A DNA stretch of 64,000 bases from a virus. Of the stretch, positions 1 through 9,194 are shown in pieces. Positions within the stretch are counted from its first letter, which is position 1. Each line of letters starts with the position of its first letter. A model generated the notes under the pieces. The model was not told the DNA's origin. It did no database searches and saw nothing but the letters and a program-made list of their open reading frames with translations. The stretch covers positions 64,001 to 128,000 of IMG/VR virus record IMGVR_UViG_3300045988_125846; one strand, given 5' to 3'. The position numbers and the translations under genes were made by a program.

Positions 1-354
1 TCTACTCTCAGCATCATAAATTGTGACCGTCACAGCAAGAGTCTCATAGTCTGATGGGATTTTATCAAGTTTAATCTTAATAACCTCATCATCTCCATCT
101 CCCTCACCTGTACGGTTATCTCCCATATGCTTTACACTTTTTGAACTATGTTCAAGATTACCATAGAAAATAAAATCCTCATCCTTGCCAACCTTGCCAT
201 TCTCTTTTGTCATAAACACAGAGGCATCGAGATCAAAATCTGCTTCTCCGTCATAATGATTAATATCCCATCCAAGTCCAACAAGAATGTTTTTTAATGA
301 CGGTCTACCCTTTGTTAAATCTACTCTCTGTCCTTTACTTAACGAAACTGACAT
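1..354 (-). CDS. terD: TerD-domain protein (3' end of the gene lies outside the window)
   Basis: Not in the ORF track because it runs off the edge. Own translation from the ATG (rc of 352-354): MSVSLSKGQRVDLTKG..GLGWDINHYDGEADFDLDASVF..GDNRTGEGDGDDEVIKIKLDKIP. It is colinear with the two paralogs downstream. Confidence 0.8.
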   Translation of the reverse strand, partial: MSVSLSKGQRVDLTKGRPSLKNILVGLGWDINHYDGEADFDLDASVFMTKENGKVGKDEDFIFYGNLEHSSKSVKHMGDNRTGEGDGDDEVIKIKLDKIPSDYETLAVTVTIYDAESR

Positions 355-366
355 AATTAAATCCTC

Positions 367-942
367 CTACTTGTATCTTCTTGTTAATTCGCTAACACTT
401 GAATCATTTGTTCCCTGACCGATAGCGTTAAATTTCCACTCTCCGTCTTTCTTATAAACTTCTGCAAATACCATTGCTGTCTTGCCAGCATAATCATCTG
501 AAAGATTGTATTTACAAATTTCCTTACCAGTTGACTCATCAACAAGTCTAATGTACGCATTCTTGATAAGTCCAAAATCCTGCTTTCTTGAAATACAATC
601 ATAGATATTTACTACAAATACAATCTTCTCAACCTTATTTGTAATATTCGCAAGATCAACGGTAATCTGCTCATCATCACCGTCTCCATCTCCTGTGAGG
701 TTGTCACCATGATGATACACACATCTGTCTTCCGCTGATCTGTCACCATAATAAACACATGTACGATACTTATCATCTTTTCCTAAAATAATTGCTGAAG
801 CATCGCAATCAATGTTTGGCTTAGAACCAAATAATCCTTTCTTAGCAGCATCCCATCCAAGTCCTACCATAATCTTTGTAAGACCACCTGCTACTTCCTT
901 AGATAAATTAATTTTCTGTCCTTTTACTAAATTTACTGACAT
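367..942 (-). CDS. terD: TerD-domain stress protein
   Basis: 191 aa with VNLVKGQKINL..GLGWD..DCDASAI..GDNLTGDGDGDDEQITVDL (acidic Ca-binding loop) and a GEWKFNAIG tail. GGAAGGAG RBS upstream. Confidence 0.85.
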   Translation of the reverse strand: MSVNLVKGQKINLSKEVAGGLTKIMVGLGWDAAKKGLFGSKPNIDCDASAIILGKDDKYRTCVYYGDRSAEDRCVYHHGDNLTGDGDGDDEQITVDLANITNKVEKIVFVVNIYDCISRKQDFGLIKNAYIRLVDESTGKEICKYNLSDDYAGKTAMVFAEVYKKDGEWKFNAIGQGTNDSSVSELTRRYK

Positions 943-960
943 ATATATTCTCCTTCCATT

Positions 961-1539
961 TTATAAATCAAGACCAAAATTTCTACCAATAGCAGCTAAA
1001 CCACCATTGTAACCTGAACCAACTGCATTAAACTTCCATTCACCGTTCTTACGATACAACTCACCTGCAATAACACCTGTCTCTAATGAGAAATCCTCAT
1101 TAAGTTCATATTTGAAAAGTTCCTCATTTGTATCAGCGTTGTATGCTCTAATGTACGAATTATCAACCATTCCGAAATTCTGTAAACGATTTTCTGCATC
1201 ATAAATTGTCGCTGAGAAGCTAATCTTTGTAATATTAGATGGAATCTTATTTAACTCAACAATCATTGTCTCGTCATCGCCATCACCTACACCTGTTCTA
1301 TTATCACCAGAATAAATCAATGCTCCGCTTGGATGCTGTGGCTGACCATAAAATACAAAATCCTGTTCGCCTGTTACCTTTCCTGAATCATCAGTAAAAA
1401 ATGCTGATACATCCAAATCGAAATCTGCATTACCATCGTATCTATTTGTATCCCATCCAAGACCAAATACGACTTTGTTTAAACCTGCATTGCCTTTTGT
1501 AAGGTCAATCTTCTGACCTTTAACTAAACTAATTGACAT
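961..1539 (-). CDS. terD: TerD-domain stress protein
   Basis: Start moved to MSISLVKGQKIDL (AGGAGG 8 nt upstream of the ATG at 1539). Contains GDNRTGVGDGDDETMIVEL and GEWKFNAVG motifs. Confidence 0.85.
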   Translation of the reverse strand: MSISLVKGQKIDLTKGNAGLNKVVFGLGWDTNRYDGNADFDLDVSAFFTDDSGKVTGEQDFVFYGQPQHPSGALIYSGDNRTGVGDGDDETMIVELNKIPSNITKISFSATIYDAENRLQNFGMVDNSYIRAYNADTNEELFKYELNEDFSLETGVIAGELYRKNGEWKFNAVGSGYNGGLAAIGRNFGLDL

Positions 1540-1732
1540 ATTGTTTGTCCTCCTTATTCTTGGGAAGGCTGTCAACCTTCCCTTTTAATAATTTAAAAGA
1601 AATTGGGAATGTGAGTAACGTCAGAAAAATAAATGGAATAAAGCGTGTAATACATGCTACAACAACACTAATTGAAAAACATATAAGAGTAATAATCTCT
1701 ACTTTTTTATAACTTTTATCTCTCCTTATCAT
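1529..1732 (-). CDS. small hydrophobic (membrane) protein
   Basis: 67 aa with two hydrophobic stretches (IITLICFSISVVVACI, FIPFIFLTLLTF). GGAG RBS. Sits between the ATPase and TerD genes. Confidence 0.5.
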   Translation of the reverse strand: MIRRDKSYKKVEIITLICFSISVVVACITRFIPFIFLTLLTFPISFKLLKGKVDSLPKNKEDKQYVN

Positions 1733-1748
1733 GTTCTCATCTCCTCAA

Positions 1749-4349
1749 TTACTTATTCTCTCTTTTCTTCTCAATAATCTTTCTAATAAGATCAATTGGA
1801 ATAACCATAAAGGCTAAAATTACAACTACTACCCAATGTTTGAAATCTAAAGCTGTGACCTTAATAAGATTTTCTGCAAAGTTGCAAAGAGCAAATGTCA
1901 TTGCAAAAATTCCGATTGCAATGGCTGAAAATAACTTATTCTTTCCAATGCCATTGAATAAATTAATATGCTCTGTACGAATATTAAATCCATTAAATAC
2001 TGCCATAAAGCATAACAATGCGAATCTCGCTGTCATAGCTTCTGTTTCAGATGCAAACATATTTGCAATTGGGCTAAATGTAATAATTCCATAGAGTACA
2101 ATAAATGCTACTGTACTAATCGCAATACGTTTCTTTGCTCCTCTAATGAATAAGCCAGAACCTTTCTTAATAGGTTTCTCTGTCATATACTCATCTTTTG
2201 GTGGTTCACCACCGAATGATAGTGAATTAAGGGAATCCATAATGATATTTACAATCAGAATCTGAACTGAAGCGAGTAATGCACCTGTTGCAATCATTGG
2301 ATAGATAACACTGAGAATCAGAAGTGAAATATTAATAGGTAACTGGAATTCAAGGAACATCATAATATTGTGCATAAATGTTCTTCCAAGTTCTACTGCC
2401 TTTACTACGCTTGCAAAATTATCATCTGTCAATACAATGTCTGAAGCTTCTTTTGCAACATCTGATCCACCTTGCATACCAAAACCAACATCAGCTCTCT
2501 TTAAAGCAGGACTATCATTTACTCCATCACCTGTCATTGCAACTGATTTTCCAATCTCTTGTGCTAATGTGACAAGTCTGAGTTTTGTGTTTGGTGAGCA
2601 TCTTGAAATAACTCTCAATCGAGGAATTATACTCTTTACTTCATCATCTGACATCGCTTCAAATTCATCATTTGTAAGTGCTAAATCTCCATCTTTGTAA
2701 ATTCCACACTCTGTAGCAACTGCAACTGCTGTCTCAATACAATCGCCTGTAATTTCAATAACTTGGATACCAGCCTTATGTGCTATTTTTACTGCACTCG
2801 GTACTTCATCTCTTACAGGATCTACAACACCGATAATTCCAAGGAATGTCATGTCATTTGGTATTTCATTCTCTACTAAATCACCATCTGCCATTGTAAC
2901 TGCAATACATCTCATCGCATTACTTGTCATCGCTGTAATTGCATTACTTAATGTATCATTGTCGTTATTCTCTACAATTTCACCACTTGAGTCCATTACT
3001 TTTGTACAATGCTCAATCAATTTCTCAGGTGCGCCCTTATAGTATGTAACTCCATCCTTTGTCGTAAAAGCTGAATACTTATTACTACTATTAAATACCT
3101 GCTTTAACTTAACTGGATATTTTTTCTGAATGTCAGCATGTGTTTCAGGATTTACAAGGCTAAGAACTGCTCTATCAATTGAATTACCACCTGTAATATT
3201 GTTTTCTGAATCAAATGTTGCACTATTATTTAAAGAAATGTTTGCCTCGATATTATTCCAAAGAACCGAATCCTTATTTACATCATTACCAAAGCCATCA
3301 ATAATCTTCTTTGGAGTCATAATACCTGTCGTAAGAGTACCTGTCTTATCAGTACAGATAATATCAACATATGCTAACTCTGGAATTTTACCAGGATTCT
3401 TAGCAAGAATATTGAATTTCTCCATTGTCTTTACATTCTGTTTTGTTACAAGTTTTACAATAAGAGGCAATCCTTCGGGAACAGCAGCTACAATAATTGT
3501 TAATGCTACTGAGAAGTTCTGTGCGATTTTCTGAATAATATTCAGAACGCCACCGCTAAAATATTCTCCAAATCCAACCTGTACAATTCCTGAAATTGTA
3601 AGCACCGCAAATGTAATAACGGCTGCGATTGTTCCCCACTTAGAAATGAAGTCGCTCAGATTATCAAGTGCAATATCAAGTGCTGTCTTTGGTGCTTCAA
3701 GTGTTTGCATTTTAACAAGCGTATCGCCATTTACTGTATTCACACCTACATCAGTAACAATCATTTTTCCTTCGCCTGACATTACTGTTGTGCCAGCAAA
3801 TAAGCAATTCTGATTCGTATAAGCATCTGTTGAAGTAGTTTTCTTATGAACGTATCCTTCAATTGGTGTTTTCTTACACTCTTTTGTTTCTCCATTAATA
3901 GCTGCATTGTTTACAGAAATCTTACCTTCAATGAGATATCCATCTGCAAAAATCTCTTGTCCCATTCCTACACAAACAAGATCACCAACTACCAATTCAT
4001 CCTTATTAATTGTTTGAACTTTGCCATCACGAATTACGTCACAATACCTGACTGATGTTTTGGCTCTCAACTCTGCTGCTGATTTTTGAACACCAAGTCC
4101 AGTCTTAACAGCAATACATGTTACAATTGCTAATACAACAAGAATCATAATTGGATCTGATAAATCCATTACTCCCATGACTCCAAGGAATAACTGCAAT
4201 ACTGCAATTGCAATAAGAATCATTGTGATTTTCTCACTTAATGCCTCCTTTGCGAAGTCATACCACTTGTCCAACTTTGGTTCAGGAAGCTTATTACTTC
4301 CATGAAGCTCTCTACTTTTGAGAACTTCTTTACTACTCAATCCATTCAT
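1749..4349 (-). CDS. P-type (P2, Ca2+-type) cation-transporting ATPase
   Basis: 866 aa with the ICTDKTGTLT phosphorylation site, the VPEGLP TM4 motif, the MTGDGVNDSPALKRADVGFGM hinge, a cation-ATPase N-terminus (LSSKEVLKSRELHGSNKLPEPK) and multiple TM helices. Confidence 0.9.
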   Translation of the reverse strand: MNGLSSKEVLKSRELHGSNKLPEPKLDKWYDFAKEALSEKITMILIAIAVLQLFLGVMGVMDLSDPIMILVVLAIVTCIAVKTGLGVQKSAAELRAKTSVRYCDVIRDGKVQTINKDELVVGDLVCVGMGQEIFADGYLIEGKISVNNAAINGETKECKKTPIEGYVHKKTTSTDAYTNQNCLFAGTTVMSGEGKMIVTDVGVNTVNGDTLVKMQTLEAPKTALDIALDNLSDFISKWGTIAAVITFAVLTISGIVQVGFGEYFSGGVLNIIQKIAQNFSVALTIIVAAVPEGLPLIVKLVTKQNVKTMEKFNILAKNPGKIPELAYVDIICTDKTGTLTTGIMTPKKIIDGFGNDVNKDSVLWNNIEANISLNNSATFDSENNITGGNSIDRAVLSLVNPETHADIQKKYPVKLKQVFNSSNKYSAFTTKDGVTYYKGAPEKLIEHCTKVMDSSGEIVENNDNDTLSNAITAMTSNAMRCIAVTMADGDLVENEIPNDMTFLGIIGVVDPVRDEVPSAVKIAHKAGIQVIEITGDCIETAVAVATECGIYKDGDLALTNDEFEAMSDDEVKSIIPRLRVISRCSPNTKLRLVTLAQEIGKSVAMTGDGVNDSPALKRADVGFGMQGGSDVAKEASDIVLTDDNFASVVKAVELGRTFMHNIMMFLEFQLPINISLLILSVIYPMIATGALLASVQILIVNIIMDSLNSLSFGGEPPKDEYMTEKPIKKGSGLFIRGAKKRIAISTVAFIVLYGIITFSPIANMFASETEAMTARFALLCFMAVFNGFNIRTEHINLFNGIGKNKLFSAIAIGIFAMTFALCNFAENLIKVTALDFKHWVVVVILAFMVIPIDLIRKIIEKKRENK

Positions 4350-4478
4350 CTGTTTTACTCTCCTTTTCTATAATTTTTATATATGAATGTTAATTAGTTA
4401 CATATCTATATTCTCTTTTTAATTTGGGAATTTTATTGAGCTGAATCGCTCAGAAATTTTTTACAATGAAACGAAGTT

Positions 4479-4979
4479 TTACTTTGATTTTTTATTTAAA
4501 ATTTTTATAGCTAACTCTTTTAATTCTTCTGTCAACCCATGCTTATATGTTGTTTTAATAAAGTGGTCAGTATTTAAAAACTCACACATATCTGAATCAT
4601 CATCTAATATAATAAAATTATCAACTGGATTCTTTGACAACCATTCTCTAATTTCATCCCCACGTTGAGTATCGCCACTCAAAGATGGAGTAATATCATA
4701 CACCTCTATATCATAATCAGATAATCTACTAATTAGTTTTGTGTACAATTTATTTCCAAAAATACTTTCTTTACCACTTCTATCACAACCAATTCGCCAA
4801 GAGGATGACACAACAATTTTTGCGTTTGTTTTGTCAATTATTTCTTTTAATAATTTTAGAGGTCTATCCTCCACTTCCGCATATAATATACATCCCGTAA
4901 TATTATTCTTTGCTCTATAAATCAGCAAGTCATCCTCAGAATTGAGTACACCATCTACATCTAAAAATATAACCTTCAT
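4479..4979 (-). CDS. small HAD-superfamily phosphatase
   Basis: 166 aa with FLDVDGVLN (DxD motif I), VVSSSWR and IILDDD motifs. Confidence 0.65.
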   Translation of the reverse strand: MKVIFLDVDGVLNSEDDLLIYRAKNNITGCILYAEVEDRPLKLLKEIIDKTNAKIVVSSSWRIGCDRSGKESIFGNKLYTKLISRLSDYDIEVYDITPSLSGDTQRGDEIREWLSKNPVDNFIILDDDSDMCEFLNTDHFIKTTYKHGLTEELKELAIKILNKKSK

Positions 4980-5016
4980 TCTTTCACCTCTCTTCCCAAG
5001 AAATCGAACTTTACTG

Positions 5017-5331
5017 TTATTTATCTACAACAACTATCTCTTTGCCACAATAAGGACAATATTTTAAATTTGCCATATTTTCAGGTATCCTCCAATATGG
5101 ATCATCAGCATCGTCATGTTCTTTCGGGCAAATCGTTCTATAATCGTATTTTATCCATTTACAAGTTTGTATTTCCTCGTATCTTCGGAGTACAACATTT
5201 CCTCCGTCAATAAATATTTCCATTGGCTCACCAATTGCGTCTGCTTTTCCAAACACCAGTCTTCTAATTTCCTTTGGAATTACTATTCTACCTAAGTCGT
5301 CAAATCTACGAATTGTTCCCATAATTTTCAT
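5017..5331 (-). CDS. AbrB/SpoVT-type DNA-binding protein with a C-terminal Cys motif
   Basis: RRFDDLGRIVIPKEIRR is the swapped-hairpin AbrB signature. The C-terminus carries CPKE..YCPYCGKE. Confidence 0.7.
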   Translation of the reverse strand: MKIMGTIRRFDDLGRIVIPKEIRRLVFGKADAIGEPMEIFIDGGNVVLRRYEEIQTCKWIKYDYRTICPKEHDDADDPYWRIPENMANLKYCPYCGKEIVVVDK

Positions 5332-5523
5332 CTTTCACCTCTCTTCTAAAGAAACGAACTTTATTTTGATATTTCTATTTTAATTTCTGTTCATTTACCA
5401 TTTTTAATAATGGAATAATCCAACTCAGAACGAGAAGAATGTCATTTGGATATTGATTCAGCCATAGAAATGAGATACTATATATGTATATCGACTTCTG
5501 GATTATTCCTAGTTGATATGCGA

Positions 5524-5562
5524 GATGGGCAACAGCAACTTCACGACATATCGTTGCCCATC
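5524..5562. other. perfect 10 bp stem hairpin (GATGGGCAAC/GTTGCCCATC)
   Basis: Read directly. The T-run (TTTT) lies on the plus-strand side only. The hairpin is just downstream of the minus-strand gene 5598-7805. Confidence 0.35.
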
Positions 5563-5597
5563 TTTTATGTAAAAGCTATTGCTTATTACCAAATTGA

Positions 5598-7805
5598 TTA
5601 CGCATTTGCTATAAAATTATCAAAGCTGCGTTTCATATATGTATAATTAACTTTCTGTGATGAACTAAAATCAGATTTATTTCTGTAATTCTCAATCCAT
5701 TTTTCAAAATCCTGATCCTTATCATTTTGACAAGCATATGCCATGAGTGCTACTAATGCCATTCCACACTCTTTATAAACTGGATCGTCAATCTTAACAC
5801 AATCTTCTACCATGTCTGTGTAAAGGTTTATATCTTCGTCTGTCACATTTGGATTTGCATTTTCTTGAACAAAGGAAAGAACACTTTCTTCCGTATTTTC
5901 TTCAGCACTTTCTTTCGTATTGTTATTCTCCAATTCTGTGTTATTTACTTCTCTTGTACCAATATGTAAAAATTCATTCATCAGTTTTATAAGTAAATCA
6001 ATTTTACCTGTAATAGTTGCCTTTTTCTTTGTCTGTTGGTCTTTAAAATCTGCCATAGATACACCATCAACTTCTTTATCTTTAAGTTCTGTATTATATG
6101 CTCTTAAGAAATCAATGAATCTTGAATCTTCAATATTATATGTAGTAAATTTATCAAATACTGCAATCCACATTGGCATTGTAGTTGGAGTAAGTAATGA
6201 CTTCAAGTCTTTATTGTCATCGCCTAATGCTAATTCCAATCTATTAAAATGTGAATTAAGTTTTAAGAACTGCTGTTCTGTTGCATTTTCATCAACATAT
6301 TTGTAAATTGTATCAAGTTTTGCTTTCCATGAATCACGGAAGAACATTAACATTATTGATTCTGCAACAACACGTTCCAACTTTCCCTTAATAACATTAT
6401 TATCTGTAAACTTCCCACAATTTTTAAAGAATGTGTTTTTCTGTGAAATATTTTTAATATATCCCGCTGTCTGTGCAGATACATTAAGAAAACCACCCTG
6501 TTCCTTATTCATACTCGCATGATTGTTATAATCACGAATATGATCTGCAATCTGCTCATCTGTACAATCAAAGAATTTTGTTACGTTTATATTGAAATTA
6601 TTGAATCGTTTCTTTAACTCATCAGGAAGATCTTTATAATATTTCCCTATAACATCAAATATTTTCATCTCATATTCTGGTAAGCCATCTTCATCAAGTA
6701 CACGATTTCCATTATCATCTAAGACATAATCTCTATACTGAATTAAATGTCTCTCTGCTCCTGCTGAACCAATCTTAATACGATTTTCCTTGAATGCCTC
6801 AGCATATGAAAGTCTCTGCAATCCGTCAATTAAATGAGAGATTGTCAATCCCTTTTTCTTCTGTTCACAAAGAATAATTTCTGGAATAGGAAGATTACTA
6901 AGAATACGACAAAAATATCTATTCGCTTCTTCTGTAGTCCACTGAAAAGGTTCACGTTGCAAGATGTAGTTGCAGTTCACGTCTCCATTTTTCTTATCCT
7001 GTAACAACGAATACATGCTATACTTGTCCGTCCTGTAATTTTCAGATTCGCTAATTTCAATAATTCTGTCTTCCATATTATTTACCTCCACATCATAATT
7101 CCCATCATTTTTATTCTTTGAAAATACTGAAAGTCCTTTATTTATCTTAATTGACTTCATAGCACTACTATATTCTCTGTCTGATATATTCAATTTTTGT
7201 TTTATATTATCAGCAGGAACATTCTCCATCCGCATCAGCAAAATATTTTTTTGTATCCTCGGCAAAGAATCAATAAAATTATCAACTTTTTCATCGGCAC
7301 TAAAATCGAACTCACTCTTGTCTTCTACGTTAAAGTCAGATGCAATTTTTTCTACTAAATCATTATCTTCTTCAGTAGGTGCATCAAATGAAGTATCTGG
7401 AATAATAACTGGTTTTCCTTTATCGTCATCTGTTACATTTCCATTTTTATCAACCTTTACTATCTTTCCATTTTTATCAGTTAATAGATTTTTTCTTTTA
7501 CATCTCTGATAGTTGTCTCTATACCAGTCAATAACAGATTTTTTAATATTATTAATAAGGTAAGTTTTAAAACTCGCACCTTGAGATGAATCAAAGTTGA
7601 TAACACTTTCCATCAGAACATTCATTGCATCATCGTACAATTCGTCATGTTCATGTGCTGGAATCCCATACCTGAAAAATGCATTGTAACTAATTTTCTT
7701 CAATTTTGACATATCATTTACACAGTATTCAGTAATCCATTCCAACTGTTGTGATGAAAGATTATTTAATTTTTCACGCAATATTTCGTCTTTCACTTCA
7801 TGCAC
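5598..7805 (-). CDS. sigma-70-like N-terminal module fused to a DUF262 (ParB/GmrSD-type) domain
   Basis: 735 aa with a GTG start. Region-2-like FKTYLINNIKKSVIDWYRD and region-4-like LPRIQKNILLMRMENVPADNIKQKLNISDREY. Further on, LQREPFQWTTEE....HLIDGLQRLS matches the DUF262 signature. Confidence 0.6.
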   Translation of the reverse strand: MHEVKDEILREKLNNLSSQQLEWITEYCVNDMSKLKKISYNAFFRYGIPAHEHDELYDDAMNVLMESVINFDSSQGASFKTYLINNIKKSVIDWYRDNYQRCKRKNLLTDKNGKIVKVDKNGNVTDDDKGKPVIIPDTSFDAPTEEDNDLVEKIASDFNVEDKSEFDFSADEKVDNFIDSLPRIQKNILLMRMENVPADNIKQKLNISDREYSSAMKSIKINKGLSVFSKNKNDGNYDVEVNNMEDRIIEISESENYRTDKYSMYSLLQDKKNGDVNCNYILQREPFQWTTEEANRYFCRILSNLPIPEIILCEQKKKGLTISHLIDGLQRLSYAEAFKENRIKIGSAGAERHLIQYRDYVLDDNGNRVLDEDGLPEYEMKIFDVIGKYYKDLPDELKKRFNNFNINVTKFFDCTDEQIADHIRDYNNHASMNKEQGGFLNVSAQTAGYIKNISQKNTFFKNCGKFTDNNVIKGKLERVVAESIMLMFFRDSWKAKLDTIYKYVDENATEQQFLKLNSHFNRLELALGDDNKDLKSLLTPTTMPMWIAVFDKFTTYNIEDSRFIDFLRAYNTELKDKEVDGVSMADFKDQQTKKKATITGKIDLLIKLMNEFLHIGTREVNNTELENNNTKESAEENTEESVLSFVQENANPNVTDEDINLYTDMVEDCVKIDDPVYKECGMALVALMAYACQNDKDQDFEKWIENYRNKSDFSSSQKVNYTYMKRSFDNFIANA

Positions 7806-7815
7806 CTGCCTTACT

Positions 7816-7998
7816 TCATTTCCTTTTTCTGTCTAACTCTCTATACAAATATTCTCCAAAACTCAACTCATTATCATTGATTTTTATATGTCGTGTCTCT
7901 GAACAACATTTCGGACAACGACAGAATTTCTCATGCTTGTCCTTTGAGAACGACATAACTCCAATCATCGGAATATAACAATTTTTACAAATCACCAT
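7816..7998 (-). CDS. zinc-ribbon protein
   Basis: Start moved to MVICKNCY (AGGAAGGA RBS). Contains CxxC...CxxC (CKNC, CPKC). Confidence 0.55.
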   Translation of the reverse strand: MVICKNCYIPMIGVMSFSKDKHEKFCRCPKCCSETRHIKINDNELSFGEYLYRELDRKRK

Positions 7999-8011
7999 AT
8001 ATATCCTTCCT

Positions 8012-8629
8012 TTACAAATCAAACAGCTCGTTCATTACTCGTGGTTCATATGTACGCTTATCCATTTTCGACATGGATTCCAAAATCTCATTTGTAACTG
8101 TGTCAGAAATCTTTTTATCAAGAATAATGTTAAGAATTTGTATCTCATTTTTAATACTTCTTCTTTTTATTCTCCGTTCCTTTATCATCTTATATGCTTT
8201 CCATCCTTGTGCTGCATTAAGATTGCAAAATTCTATATAATGATTGATATCGGATAATTCCCTATCTACAAAGCTAAGTTCTTCACACAACTCTTCTTTT
8301 CTATGTAATGCATCTGTTGCTAATCCGTTAAGATCAGTTATTTTGTCAATCCATTTCTGGATATTTTCAGCAACCATAACTTTTTCAGTATTATTTTCCA
8401 CTTCTGATTGTGTAATCTGTTTTACATTATCGGGTGGGGTATCAATTTTCTGGATATGAAATACTGATTTCAAGGCTTTGGGTAGCGAGTTATTATATAG
8501 ATTATTGGCTGCTTTATTTGAAAATGTATCAGCCAATGCCTCGCAAGATGTTGGAACATATTTACCATTACGATTTCTCATAATCCAACGAGAACCGTCT
8601 GTAATTACATATTGTGCCAACGTAATCAT
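8012..8629 (-). CDS. hypothetical protein
   Basis: 205 aa ORF co-oriented in the array with a coiled-coil-like C-terminal half. No motif recognised. Confidence 0.6.
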   Translation of the reverse strand: MITLAQYVITDGSRWIMRNRNGKYVPTSCEALADTFSNKAANNLYNNSLPKALKSVFHIQKIDTPPDNVKQITQSEVENNTEKVMVAENIQKWIDKITDLNGLATDALHRKEELCEELSFVDRELSDINHYIEFCNLNAAQGWKAYKMIKERRIKRRSIKNEIQILNIILDKKISDTVTNEILESMSKMDKRTYEPRVMNELFDL

Positions 8630-8654
8630 CTCCTCTCTTTGTTTGATTTAGCAA

Positions 8655-8728
8655 TGGATCATCAGAGACTTGAACTCTGAGCCTTTCGGTTATGAGCCGA
8701 ATGCACTAACCAATTGTGCTAATGATCC
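8655..8728 (-). tRNA. tRNA-Met (CAT; elongator Met or Ile2-type)
   Basis: rc folds as GGATCAT-TA-GCAC/GTGC-TTCGG[CTCATAA]CCGAA-CAGAG[TTCAAGT]CTCTG-ATGATCC-A, a perfect cloverleaf. Confidence 0.9.
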
Positions 8729-8892
8729 AAGTCGCTGACACTATCGCAAGTTTATCAGGAAGTTCTATAGTATCAGCTTGTAATCCGTTAGTGGATCAGG
8801 CTATGGTAGAACTATAGCAACTACACATTTTGCTCTTACAATGATTAATTCTTGCGTTCTGCGATAGAACCCGGTCTGGAAGTATCGCATAG

Positions 8893-8964
8893 CAGGGCAT
8901 ATCAGATTCGAACTGACAAATTTCGCAGTCAAAGTGCGATGCCTTACCGCTTGGCGAATGCCCT
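8893..8964 (-). tRNA. tRNA-Gln (TTG)
   Basis: rc reads AGGGCAT-TCGCCAAGCGGTAAGGCA-TCGCA[CTTTGAC]TGCGA-..GTCAG[TTCGAAT]CTGAT-ATGCCCT-G. The D-arm is identical to the canonical bacterial tRNA-Gln. Confidence 0.9.
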
Positions 8965-9028
8965 ATAATATTATTTCCATATTTAATTGTGTAACTTAGG
9001 AATTTTAATTGCAGAAAACGCTTGAAGC

Positions 9029-9057
9029 TTGACTTTCTTTCGAAATATATGTAAAAT
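9029..9057 (+). promoter_or_regulatory. sigma-A-type promoter (TTGACT-17-TAAAAT) facing rightward inside the leftward tRNA leader
   Basis: Hexamers and the 17 nt spacer were read directly. The promoter is bracketed by the inverted repeat CGCTTGAA (9020-9027) / TTCAAGCG (9062-9069). A T9 run lies at 9170-9178. Confidence 0.35.
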
Positions 9058-9194
9058 AAATTCAAGCGATATTTCGCTTCTGCAATGGCTTAATGCTGTT
9101 GTATGTATTTGGTTTGATAGAGTCAAGTAGAAAGCTGTTGGCGCAGCGTTTGAATCGCTTGGCTCTATCTTTTTTTTTATTATTTACGAAAATT

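Noticed and set aside
1840-4055. Six plus-strand track ORFs (e.g. 2368-2700, 3130-3534) inside the ATPase gene
   Set aside because: They are antisense to a confidently identified 866 aa P-type ATPase. Their composition is low-complexity Ser/Phe/Leu, they have no RBS, and they are typical shadow ORFs of an AT-rich gene.
8729-8892. A possible third tRNA between tRNA-Met and tRNA-Gln
   Set aside because: Manual folding gives an acceptor-like stem (AGTTCTA/TAGAACT) but only about 53 nt, with no T-arm and a 6 nt loop hairpin. This is not a canonical cloverleaf, so it is reported only as a structured spacer.
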